The notes below the pieces were generated by a model. That model had not been told where the DNA came from. It saw nothing but the letters and a program-made list of their open reading frames with translations, and made no database searches. The position numbers and the translations under genes were made by a program. Positions 51,224 to 62,838 of a stretch of 62,838 bases of DNA are shown here, piece after piece. The DNA is from Octopus bimaculoides (taxonomy: Eukaryota), in the NCBI RefSeq assembly GCF_001194135.2, contig NC_068996.1, forward strand, positions 36,318,366 through 36,381,203. Reading direction: 5' to 3'. Each line of letters opens with the position of its first letter. Position 1 is the first letter of the stretch.

Positions 51224-52231
51224 CCCTTCAGCATTTAAGCTGGACATATTTAGACCAAATATTCTACCTGTTTTACGTTCAAACTGTCCAGATACAGTCA
51301 CTTACACCTACCCTATAATGTCATCCCAAAAATAAACTATTACATCATTAAAATCTTGAAGCTACAAGATAATGGATGATTAATTCAAAATAATGTGAAC
51401 AAAAGCACTCAGAGAGTGCAAACCTCAGCCAAAACAACACCAGTGTCCTATCAACGATTAGCCAGAGATGATTTTTAAAATGAGAATATCTGAAATAAAC
51501 TCAACTGCTCTCACAGAAGAGAATACTAAAAATGAAACTGACCGTTCTCAAAAATTAAGTAAAAAAACAGGAAAAATAATCCAGAATCCTTGTCCGGTAC
51601 CAAATTGATCCCAAAATCTAATCAGTTTGTGCTAGTCATGAGACCAAAGATTCCTGAAAGTTTCATTTGAATCCATCCAGCATTCGTGAAATATCTTGTC
51701 CACGGACAAGCAAGCAAACAAATATGACTGAAAATAATGCCTCCATTTTTGTTAAGGTGAAGGTAATAAATAAAGATTACATTTGAGAGCAGAATAATCT
51801 GAATGCTAAAGCATTAAGCCAACCATATCCAGCCTAAATATTCTACCTGCTTAATGTTTAAACTGGCCAGATCCAGCCCCTCATACCTAACCAACAATAT
51901 CATCTGAAAAATAAACAATCATATCATTGAAATCTCGATGCTATGAGGTAATGCGTGATTATTTCAAAAAACAATGTGAATAAATAAGCATTACATTTGA
52001 CAGAATAATCTGGATGTTGAAGAATTAAACTAGCCATATCCACTTGAAATATTCTACCTGTTTAATGTTCAAACTAGCCAGATCTGGCCTTTCCCATCTT
52101 CCCTACAATGTCATTCTAAAAAATAAACAATCATATTGAGATCTCAAAGCTATGAGGTAATGCATGTCTAATTCTAAACAATGTGATTAAATAAGCATTA
52201 CATTTGACAGAGGAACCTGAATGTTGAAGGG
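51224..52231. mobile_element. Three head-to-tail copies of an approx. 210-bp TIR-bearing MITE-like unit
   Basis: Outer ends CCCTTCAGCATT / AATGTTGAAGGG; AATATTCTACCTG at about 51258, 51837 and 52048. Confidence 0.6.
51398..51769. mobile_element. Helentron/HINE-like element inserted in the MITE array
   Basis: Splits AATGTGAA|TAAATAAGCATTAC with no obvious TSD; shares about 160 bp with 8475-8634. Confidence 0.5.
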
Positions 52232-52954
52232 CTATATCAGACACATCATTGAAAGCAGAAATGCACATACAGTAATGAATTCAACCACTTCTGGATGATG
52301 TTTGTCTACTGATGTTATATTTTAGTGTTATTTAAACACTGTACATCTACAACAAATAATATCCCGGGACAAATTCTGCTACTAATTAGGCTTTCCTAAG
52401 TATGATACACAAGTATGCTCTAAGTAAGATGCACAAAATCAAAACTATACCTTGGTCAGTGACCCCTTAAAACAGCAGTCCCCAACTTTTTTTGTACCAC
52501 ACACCAATTGGGTTATGTGCAAGACAATTTGTTCATGAACTAGGGATCACATAAATAACAAAAACACAATAAAACATATGATTTAATTAANNNNNNNNNN
52601 NNNNNNNNNNNNNNNNNNNNNNNNNNNNNNNNNNNNNNNNNNNNNNNNNNNNNNNNNNNNNNNNNNNNNNNNNNNNNNNNNNNNNNNNNNNNNNNNNNNN
52701 NNNNNNNNNNNNNNNNNNNNNNNNNNNNNNNNNNNNNNNNNNNNNNNNNNNNNNNNNNNNNNNNNNNNNNATATATATATATATATATAGGCACAGGAGT
52801 GGCTGTGTGGTAAGAAGCTTGCTTCCCGCGCATGCATCGGTCTATTCACTGTGCTGATTTTTGATGAGTCGGATGGAATTTTTTGAGCTGCTTGACAACG
52901 GTTTGTCAGTGAATGTTATACTGGTAGAAAAAAATGTATTCGGACCTTAGCGAT

Positions 52955-53347
52955 TATGAGCTGTCCTCAGCGGAGGAGGAGCTCGTTAAGGCGGTAAATA
53001 GAATGGACGAGCATTTGGAAAGAGTAAAGAGTTTTGCTGAGGCTGCAGAAGTGAAGAAAAAGAGAGGTCAACCTAGCTGGACTGAAGGAGCTGTTTAAGA
53101 TGACACAGAAGGTGGGAGGCGATGTAAAGTTATTACCCCAAAAAGGGTTATGGTAAATATGGAAAAGAAGACCATTACCTACAAGGTGTATTCAATGGAG
53201 AGTGGGAAGGTGGAGTGGATGGAGATGGAAAAAGTAGAAAAATCTCTGAAGGGGCTCTCGAAGGAAGTGACATATATAATGCAAGGAAATGGATATGGGA
53301 TGGTGGTTGTCCAGTTTAGGACAGCGGAAGAAAGACTTCTAAGGTGA
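52955..53347 (+). pseudogene. Possible decayed LINE ORF1-like fragment
   Basis: Purine-rich, frameshifted coding-like stretch ending ..YGMVVVQFRTAEE; the assignment is inference. Confidence 0.3.
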
Positions 53348-53614
53348 GGGTTTTAACCGATTTTAACCGTTTCTTTGCCATATTTCTGCTGAAATACATT
53401 GCGTTTGTTTCAATTAATTTTTAAAAAAATGAAGAATTTTGTAATAGAATTTGGCGTATAAATTAATATGAAATTTTCATGGAAGAATGTTCTAATTGAG
53501 ATTTCCTTAAAACGGATGTTATTAGTTTGAAGAAAAACATTTTGGATAGAAAATTTTGGCTAATCTTTTGAAATTTTTTCTATCAAAGCTATTATCAATA
53601 GACACATGCATGGG

Positions 53615-53980
53615 TGCATGGCAAGAAGCTTGCTTCCCAACCATGTGGCTCTGAGTTCAGTCCCACTGCATGGCACCTTGGGCAAGTGTCTTCTACTGTA
53701 GCTTTGGGCCGACCAAAGCTTGTGAGAGGATTTGGTATGTGTGTGTGTGTGTGTGTGTGTGTAACTTTTTGCATGCATTTGTCGCTCCTACTCACCACCT
53801 GACAACCAGTGTTGGTTTGTTTACATTCCTGTTACTTGGCGCTTCAGTAAAAGACACTGATAGAATAAGTATCAGGCTTTAGAAAAAAAATAAAGACTGG
53901 GGTTGATACACTTGACTAAAAATTCTTCAAGGCAGTGTCCCAGCATGGCCACTATCTGATGACTGAAACAAGTAAAAGAT
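53615..53980 (+). mobile_element. SINE family A, diverged
   Basis: Head, (TG)n and tail present. Confidence 0.75.
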
Positions 53981-54464
53981 TAATAGCTTTATTTACTTGG
54001 AGTTTAGCTGTTAAAAATGAATTATTCTGTGTTCTCTTGATGTTTCTAAATTCTTATGATGTCAAAAAAATATTATATTTGGAAGAAGAAGCAGTTTTAA
54101 GTATCAAAAGGACTAAAGCAGAGTTAATAAACTTACTCACAGACACTATATTTGAGAGAGAGAGAAACTATAGCCACTAACATGGATTTTTACCTGTCTT
54201 ACCTGTGCTGCCAATTTTATCCCAAGAAATCAAAATGAATTACAAAATAAATTATAAACACATTGCAACATATACAGACAGCTATAGAAAATTTACAAAC
54301 AACAATTCACTAATTAATTTATTCACTTATCATTGATTAATTTACATATTCACAGATGGTGAATTATTAATTAAAATTTACCACTGATGGCAAATTATTA
54401 ATTAAAATCATGATTTGAATTTACAGTTAAAAATACAATTAAAGAATAAAAAAAGAAATACTTA

Positions 54465-54675
54465 TTCCATCTATCCATTTTTTTCTGCCCGCTGTTCTTA
54501 GAATTGTCATTGGGATAAAGTCTTCTGGTATCTCCTCCATAGAGTCCTACCAGAAGTGACCACCATTACACTTGGATTCCCAAGCTGGATCAACTGAACA
54601 TCTCTTTCCTCAGCTACCAATAGCTCTCCTGCCAGTTGGCTCAGTTTGAAGAATCTGTTTTGCAGTTCTTTCCTG
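54465..54675 (-). mobile_element. RTE/Expander-like LINE 3' end
   Basis: ERTAKQILQTEPTGRRAIG, ..RTLWRR, ending AATGGATAGATGG. Confidence 0.55.
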
Positions 54676-56029
54676 CAATACTTTTAATCACGTGCTCATA
54701 ATACAAGAGCTGTAACTGCTCAATGACTTATTACTCAGAAATTGTTTTGAAAATATGAAAACATTGAAAAAAAATTTGCTAAAATTTCTAAGATAAGATT
54801 CTTATGAGCCAAGCCTCCTAATTATGGAATGGTAGAACTTTGAGGTACATAGTACATAACAATCATCATCATCATCATCATAATCGTCATTGCCGCTGCC
54901 ATCACCGTCATCGTCGTTGTCATCATCATCATCATCATCTTCTTCATCATCATCATCACCATCGTTTAACATCCGTTTTCCATGCTGGCATGGGTTGGAC
55001 GGTTTGACTGGGGACTGGCAAGCCAGGAAGCCGCACTAAACAATTTTCATTTTTTTTTTTTGACTGAAAGTTACTATCTCTTCTAAGAGATTAAAATATA
55101 ACAGTTCCAGATTTTTGCACACAGCCAGCAATTTTAGGGAGGGGTTAAGGTCAATTACATCAACCCCAGTGCTCAACCGGTACTTATTTTATTGAACCCC
55201 ACCCTCCCTGCAAAAGAATGAAAGATAAAATTAACCTCAGTAGAATTTGAACCCCAGAACATAGATACAGATGAAATGTCACTAAACCCTTCGCCTGGTG
55301 TGTTACGGATTCTGCCAGCTCAATGCCTTATTTCAATGTTGTACTAAAAGTTTGCTTACATCCAATGCATTCTATGAACTTTCTTATGTTTAAATGGCAG
55401 GTTGCAAGTTCTTCAGAATGCTACTGTCTGCATTCACTGAAATATTCTTTTACTCTTTTACTTGTTTCAGTATTTTGACTGCGACCATGCTGGAGCAGCA
55501 GTTGATTTTTTTTTTTTAAGGTAATCTTTTTAAGAATGTCTTTTATGCATTCCACTCTTCAAATAGATATTATGAGGATCAGTTCCCTACTCTCTAATCA
55601 AGATGGCTTATCTATGCATAAATTCTTGGAATTATCAGCAACTGCTTCTGCCTCACATGGTATAATACCAGTATTGCATAAATAATTCTTTATGTGTTTC
55701 TATGGCTACATGAACAATCATGTGACTGTTCATATTAACATGTTAATAATGGTCAGAACACATAAAGACATCAAGCAAATTCTATATATTGTTAATGTTT
55801 TTCTTTTAAACCATGTATAATAAATTTCAATATAATTTCAATATAATTTCATAGTGTTATAAGATAAATGAATTTTAAAATACATCTTTGTTGTTTTGTC
55901 ATAAGAGAACCTTCAATTCAAACAATATTTAATCATTCTCTTTTTTTAACCTATTGTTACAAGTGAAAGTCTTTGAGTAAGAACAAACTTCTTGGCATTT
56001 TCTAGAAATCTTTCATAAGTTTACATGCA

Positions 56030-56987
56030 AGCATGGCTGTTTGGTAAGAGGATTGGTTCCCAACTGCATGGTTCAGGGTTCAGTTCCACTGCACAGCACC
56101 TTGGGCAAGTGTCTTTTAGTATATAGCCTTGGGCTAACCAAAGCCTTGTGAGTGGATTTGGTAGATGGAAACTGAAAGAAGCCCATTGTCTATATGTGTG
56201 TGTGTGTATGTCTTTATGTCTGTGTTTGTCTTTCCTCCACCACCGCTTGACAACTGGTGCTGGTGTGTTTACTTCTCGATAACTTAGCAGTTCAGCAAAA
56301 CAAAACCGATAGATTAAGTGCCAGGCTTTATAAAAGAAAATAAGTACCGGGGTCATTACGGTCAACTAAAAATTCTTTAAGGCAGTGCTCCAGCATGACC
56401 ACAGTCTAATCCCTGAAACAGATATAAAAGGTGAAAGGTAATGTGCAGGAGTGGCTGTGTGGTAAGTAGCTTGCTTATGAACCACATGGTTCCGGATTCA
56501 GTCCCACTGCATAGCATCTTGGGCAAGTATCTTCTACTATAGCCTCGGGCCGACCAAAGCCTTGTGAGTGGATTTGGTAGATGGAAACTGAAAGAAGCCC
56601 GTCATATATATNNNNNNNNNNNNNNNNNNNNNNNNNNNNNNNNNNNNNNNNNNNNNNNNNNNNNNNNNNNNNNNNNNNNNNNNNNNNNNNNNNNNNNNNN
56701 NNNNNNNNNNNNNNNNNNNNNNNNNNNNNNNNNATATATATACATATATGTATATGTATGTGTGTGTGTGTATATGTTTGTGTGTCTGTGTTTGTCTCCC
56801 CAACATTGCTTGACAACCGGTGCTGGTGTGTTTATGTCCCTGTAACTTAGAGGTTCGGCAAAAAGAGACCGATAGAATAAGTACTAGGCTTACAAAGAAT
56901 AAGTCCTGGGGTTGATTTGCTCGACTAAAGGCGATGCCACAGCATGGCCACAGTCAAATGACTGAAACAAGTAAAAGAGTAAAGAGT
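56030..56987 (+). mobile_element. Two SINE-A copies head-to-tail (56030-56430 and 56443-56987)
   Basis: Two complete head-microsatellite-tail units separated by about 12 bp. Confidence 0.85.
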
Positions 56988-58009
56988 ATAAAAGATCTGT
57001 TACATTACAAGGGGTTTACTCAAAGAGATGAGCAGTTTTTCTTCCAACTTGTGCAATATATGTATAAATGGTAAAACAACAAAGATACTGATTTCAATGA
57101 TCCATCTGCCTACCATTTGTTGTTCTTCAATAAGAGTTGAAGATTTTGTTTTTCGTTGCAAAAATTACTATTAGTTTTCATTATTTCCAGAATCAAAGAT
57201 GGCAAACTGGCAGGATCTTCAACATGCCAAACAAAAGGCTTACCGGCATCTCTTCTGGCTTAACATTCTGAGTTCATATTTCGCTGAGGTCAGCTTTGCT
57301 GTTCATCCTTTTGGGGCTGATGAAATAAAACATTAGTGGTGTCAATGTAATCGGTTTATTCCTTCCCCCAAAATTGCTTGTCTTGTGCCAAATATTTGAA
57401 ACCATTATTGCCAGAATCAAAAGAAATATAAGAGAAAAAACAAAAACAAAAACAAAAATCCCTTCAACATTTGATAACTCTGAAAAAAATTCCTGTGGAA
57501 AAAATTTGTATTTTTTCATTCAGGCAAAAAAGAATGATTCCTTTGTTCTTTTAGAATCTAATATTTTTTCATGGTTCTTTTCATGTTCTTTCCATGCTTG
57601 GAGATTTTCCAATTGCTAATTGGCTACATACAACAATGGTATCAGGCAATGAAACATGGGGGAGACTCAGTTGTATTTTTAGTCATTTTTTTCATGAATT
57701 TTCAAACAAATATTTCTATGCTTTCCTATTCATTACATCGTCAGCAGTATGACTCTATTCGCTTGATTAATTAACTACAGTACCACCAACTGTAATTACT
57801 CACACTCAATACTTAGTTTTGTTTTAATCACATTTCCTAATTATTGTTTGCTAATTATTATTGTTCATCCCAAAACAAAAGGCATTAACATAATAGTTGT
57901 ATTTTTTCTTTTCTTTCTCTTGTTTAAAAAAAACAAAACAATTTAAGCACCATATTTTAAAGGACTTATTGAAAAATATCAAATGTTCAAATGACAATAG
58001 AATTTAAAC

Positions 58010-58800
58010 TACCCATCCATCCATCCATCCATCTACCCATCTATTCATCCATATACCCATCTATCTATTTATCCATTCATACATCCATCCATCCATCCAT
58101 CTACCCATCTATTCATCCATATACCCATCTATCTATTTATCCATTCATACATCCATCCATCTACCCATCTATTCATCCATATACCCATCTATCTATTTAT
58201 CCATCCATCCATCCACTCATACACCCATCCATCTACCCATCTATTCATCCATATACCCATCTATCTATTTATCCATTCATACATCCACCCACCCATCCAT
58301 CTATCCCTCAGTGCATCAACCCACCCATCCATCGATCTACCTACCCATCTACCCAGTTGTCTATCGTTCCTTGATCTTCTCTCTACCCTATGTAACTCTC
58401 CATCTTCATTGCTATTACCACCCATTCGTCCATTTACATACCTAATCATTCGTCCACCCAACCAGGCATCCATCCACACATGCATCCATCTTTCAAAATA
58501 CCCACCTACTCATCCATCCATTCATCCATCTACCCATCCTCCATCCGTCTACCATGTACCCATGTACCCATCCATCCATCTTCCATTTGTCTACCATCTA
58601 CGCGTTCTACCTATCCATCCATCTACCCATCTATACATACATACACCCACCCACCAACCCGTCCGTCCCTCCCTCCATCCATCCATCTTCCATCTGTCTA
58701 CTATCTACCCATTCTACCTATCCATCCATCCATCTATGTACCCCTCCATCCATACATACATACACCCACCCATCCCTTCCTCCATCCATCCACCCTCCAC
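58010..58800. repeat. (ATCC/TACC)n compound microsatellite with higher-order repeat
   Basis: Identical 44-mer starting at 58031, 58099, 58159 and 58231. Confidence 0.9.
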
Positions 58801-58820
58801 CACCATTCATTGGCCCACAG

Positions 58821-58972
58821 CAACAACAACATTATCCGAGGCATTTTAACATGACTGACACTAAAATATCGTATTACGTACATGCGCCAGTCTCAGCTAC
58901 AAAGGGAAGTCGGCAGCCGGCATTGGTGTCTAGCGGTGGAACTGGCCATAGAGTCGATGACTCGTTCACTCT
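58821..58972 (+). CDS. Candidate coding exon QQQHYPRHFNMTDTKISYYVHAPVSATKGSRQPALVSSGGTGHRVDDSFT
   Basis: CCCACAG| acceptor, perfect |GTAAGT donor, only one open frame, non-repetitive composition; no homology recognised. Confidence 0.35.
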
Positions 58973-59174
58973 GTAAGTATCCAGCTGTTCTTAGAACCAG
59001 CCAAAAGAAAGAAAGAAGAAAACCATGTAGCACATTCCATCCCCCACCATTCTTACATCCGCACGCACGCACACACACACACACACACATTTGCTTTCTT
59101 CTCCAGGTCTTACCTATCTTTCTACCCATCGCTCTCTGTCTATCACTCTTTCTCTCTTTCTTTTACATATCAAG

Positions 59175-59251
59175 TCCTCCCTTACCACTCACGAGGCAAG
59201 AGTCAGAAGGCCGAACCAAACCAATGCAGAATATTCGATGTTTGCTGGCAT
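59175..59251 (+). CDS. Candidate exon, phase-compatible with 58821-58972: (L)PPLPLTRQESEGRTKPMQNIRCLLA
   Basis: Pyrimidine tract with a weak AAG acceptor; |GTATGT donor; would give a 202-nt intron. Confidence 0.25.
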
Positions 59252-59337
59252 GTATGTGCGTGTGTGTCTGTGAGTGTACATGCTTATGTGTGCATGTTTG
59301 TGTATGCGTATTTGTGAATGTATGCGCATGTGTGTAT

Positions 59338-59582
<245 letters not shown>

Positions 59583-59685
59583 TTTTATTCTTTTACTTGT
59601 TTAGGTCATTTCACTGCGACCATGCTGGAACACCATCTTAAAGGGAAATGCATACAGATAATGGATATGTATATATATACATTTT

Positions 59686-59752
59686 ATTCCAGTTAGCTTA
59701 CACGTGTTGTTTTGGATAGAATTATCGGAAACACATGTAAGCTAACTGGAAT
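59686..59752. repeat. 67-nt near-perfect hairpin
   Basis: ATTCCAGTTAGCTTACACGTGTT / AACACATGTAAGCTAACTGGAAT (22/23 match). Confidence 0.9.
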
Positions 59753-60469
59753 GAAGTGCGTGTGTGTGTGTGAGTGGTTTTTTAATGATCATTGAAGGAA
59801 GAGGAGAAGAAGAAAAAGAAGAAGAAAGAGAAGGTGATGATGAGGGGAGTGGGTGGTGGTGGTGGTGGTGGTGGCGGCGGCGATGGTGATGATGATGATG
59901 ATGATGAGGAGGAGGAGGAGGAGTTTAATGAAGAAGAATTGAAGAATTAGTTAAAAGAAATGGCACTAAAACAAAAAAGACAAATTGTTAGATTGGGAAT
60001 AGCTAAAACTAAGAATGGTAAATTGAAGGGTAGAAAGATGTTAGGGTTGAGAGGGAGGAAGATGAAAGAAGTAAATGACTGAATGGAATTGAGTGAGGAA
60101 TTTATCAATGTGTGAGATGAATATAGAAGAGAGAAGAGGGAAATAAGAAGAGAGTGAAAGAGAGAGGGGGAGGGGGCGAAGGAGAGTGAGGGCAGAAGAT
60201 GGGAAGATTAAAAGGCTGATACACACACACACACACACCACCACCACCACCACCACCACCACCACCACCATCATCATCATCATCGTCATCATTTAATGTC
60301 CGTTCTCCATGCTTGCATGGTTTAGACAGTTTGATTGAAACTGATAAGCTGGAGAGTTACACCAGTCTCCAGTTTGATTTGGCATGGTTTTCTATGGCTG
60401 GATGTCCTTCCTAATGTCAACCACTCCAGGAATGTAGTAGGTGTTTTTATGTGCCATTTATGTGACACT

Positions 60470-61150
60470 GGCAACAGTCTCTTTTCTTCATAATTGGAGT
60501 GGGTAGTATGTTTTTGGGGTAGTCGTTGCTTAATAGATTGTTACTGAGCTTGATCATTTCTTCGTAGAGTGTATCACGATCGTTACTTATATTCTTTGCT
60601 GGATGTTTTAGGCACTGGGCAATCCTTCTCTTTACATTGTATGGATGGTGGGAGTTGAAGTTGAGGTATCGTCCAGTAAAGGTCGGCTTGCAGTATATGG
60701 ATGTCCTGAATCCATACTTGGTGCATGTTATTGATACATCCAGGAATACTAGCTGATTGTCTTTTTCTATGGATGGCTTTATTGAGTTCACATGATCATC
60801 TTCCTCGAGCACTTGGACATCTTCCTCGTGGAGCCAGAGTATAACGGTGTCATCAACATATTGCAGCCATAGAGTTGGTTTTAGTGGCGTTGATCTTAAA
60901 GCCAAATTCTCAAAGTATTCCATGTATATATTGGCTATTATCGGTAATAATGGCAAACCTATAGCTAAACCCTCTTTTTGTCGATATATATCAGTGTCCA
61001 TACTGAAGTAGGTAGTTTCTACACAGAAGGTCAACATTTCCATCAAGTTTCTTATTGGTATATTAGTGCGTTCTTTTAGATAGGTGTCTGTCACTAGTTT
61101 TTCTTGAATCACCCAGTTGGGACTTTGGTAAACAGACTTATCATGAAATT
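60470..61150 (-). mobile_element. Penelope-like element reverse transcriptase fragment
   Basis: SLFTKVP, YRQKEGLAIG, LWLQYVDDT, FLDV, YCKPTFTGRYLNFNSHHP..VK. Confidence 0.9.
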
Positions 61151-61210
61151 AGAATTTTCTTATTGTTAAATAAAATTCAGCAAAATATTTTTGTCATTTG
61201 TGACTCTCTA

Positions 61211-61271
<61 letters not shown>

Positions 61272-61492
61272 CTATATATATATATATATATAACATAATT
61301 ATTTCTTTGAGAAAAAAGAGAAAAAATATTGTGGATACTTATTCTATTAGTATAACAATATGAACATAGCAAATAGTTTAATACAAGTAAAATTTTAATG
61401 AACATACATTAACGTGAAATAAAATACAATGTATATAAGAGGTGTTTTTTTTTTATAATCCCTAAAGAGGACACTATATCCACAACTGACAG

Positions 61493-61533
<41 letters not shown>

Positions 61534-61962
61534 GTATGTATACTGACATGCATATACACACATGCACACAAGCACACACACACACACATATATATGCATC
61601 TATGTATGTAAAAAAAAAAAAAAAGAATGCACAATAACATTAAAAGTAATTCTCGTAAATGTTTTAGCAAGATTAAAGCATGTCTACATCATGGAAGACA
61701 CATGTTATCCATTCAAAACCCACAAACACTGTTAATTCCACTTAAACAATTATTATTTAGTGTCAAAATATTTGTTACATCAATTGCAATGTCATCACTG
61801 ACATGGTTGCCCCTGTATCTCTTATTTCTTTTGTCTTTTAAATTTTCAAAATGCATCAGGGTAATTGTTTTAACATTATTGTGTATTTTCATCCATTTTC
61901 TTTTTTTTTTTTGCTTTATACACATACCTATGCTTAAAACACAAAAGAAATAAAGATATATA

Positions 61963-62014
<52 letters not shown>

Positions 62015-62017
<3 letters not shown>

Positions 62018-62398
62018 TTTTATTCATTTACTTCTTTCAGTCATTTGATTGTGGCCATGTTGGAGTACTGCCTTTTACTTGAAGAAACTAGGACTTATTC
62101 TTTGTAAAAGCTGGTATTATTCTATTGGTGTCTTTTGTTGAACCACTAAGTTATGGAGACATAAACACACCAACATCAGTTGTCAAGCAATGGTGAAGGG
62201 GACAAACATAGATACAAAGACACACACACACACACATATATGATGGTTTCTTTCAGTTTCTGTCTACCAAATCCTCTCACAAGGCTTTGGTCAGCCCAAG
62301 GCTATAACAGAAGACACTTGCCCAAGGTGTTAAGCAGTAGGACTGAACTTGGAACCATCTGGTTGGGAAGCAAGCTTCTTACCATACAGCTACACCTA
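62015..62398 (-). mobile_element. SINE family A, diverged full length
   Basis: Head, internal (TG)n and tail present. Confidence 0.75.
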
Positions 62399-62838
62399 TC
62401 ATTTAACATATATATGTGTATGTTTGTGTATGCATGTATGTATATATGGTACAGAGGTAGCCAAACATGCATAATATAAGAGCTACATTTGATTAAATTC
62501 CGGTGTTTAGAAGCCACAAAGCACGGACAAAATTTACCCCATGTTTACATTTGTATCTGTCTGTATTTAAGTCCTGCAATTTAGATTCATAAAACAAATA
62601 CCAGAATTGAAGAACTAAGTACTAAGATTGATATGATTGACTAAAAACTTCAAAGAGGTGCCCCAGCATGGTCGCAGTCCAATGACTGAAACCAGTAAAA
62701 TAAAAGAATACCTTTTAATTGTTACAGACACATTTTGTGTGTTTGCAAAAATATTTGTTCGTGAATGCAGTTTTATTTAAACTGTTAAACTCTTTTTAGT
62801 TTTTGGTTATACACGAAAGGTTTTTGGTGTTTTCAATA

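Noticed and set aside
52452-52466. Possible 15-nt minus-strand microexon (GSLTK)
   Set aside because: The acceptor lies in a MITE end, and AG/GT pairs of this quality occur by chance.
54196-54283. Minus-strand segment with strong acceptor and GTAAGA donor
   Set aside because: Stops in all three frames; at most a UTR exon, with no further support.

Overview
Eukaryotic, AT-rich, repeat-saturated genomic DNA with about 6 kb of N gaps in 16 runs. The SINE families and microsatellite load look like octopus (inference, no search run). Almost all long ORFs in the track are microsatellite or gap artefacts. The recognisable protein-coding traces are decayed transposon pieces: Dong/R4-like and other RLE LINEs, L1/Tx1-like ORF1/endonuclease/RT, an RTE 3' end, a Penelope-like RT and a Merlin/ISXO2-like transposase. 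Two tRNA-derived SINE families dominate, with nested insertions (a 165-bp solo LTR, a hAT MITE, SINE-in-SINE) and satellites built from the SINE core. No host gene can be called confidently; there are only promoter-like motif clusters and a few candidate exons. The most interesting signal is a set of minimal hammerhead-ribozyme-like motifs in non-coding repeats. One family (intact copy at 32396-32451, minus strand) folds as a type I hammerhead with the C3-G8 core pair swapped to G3-C8. None of these motifs has been tested for activity.
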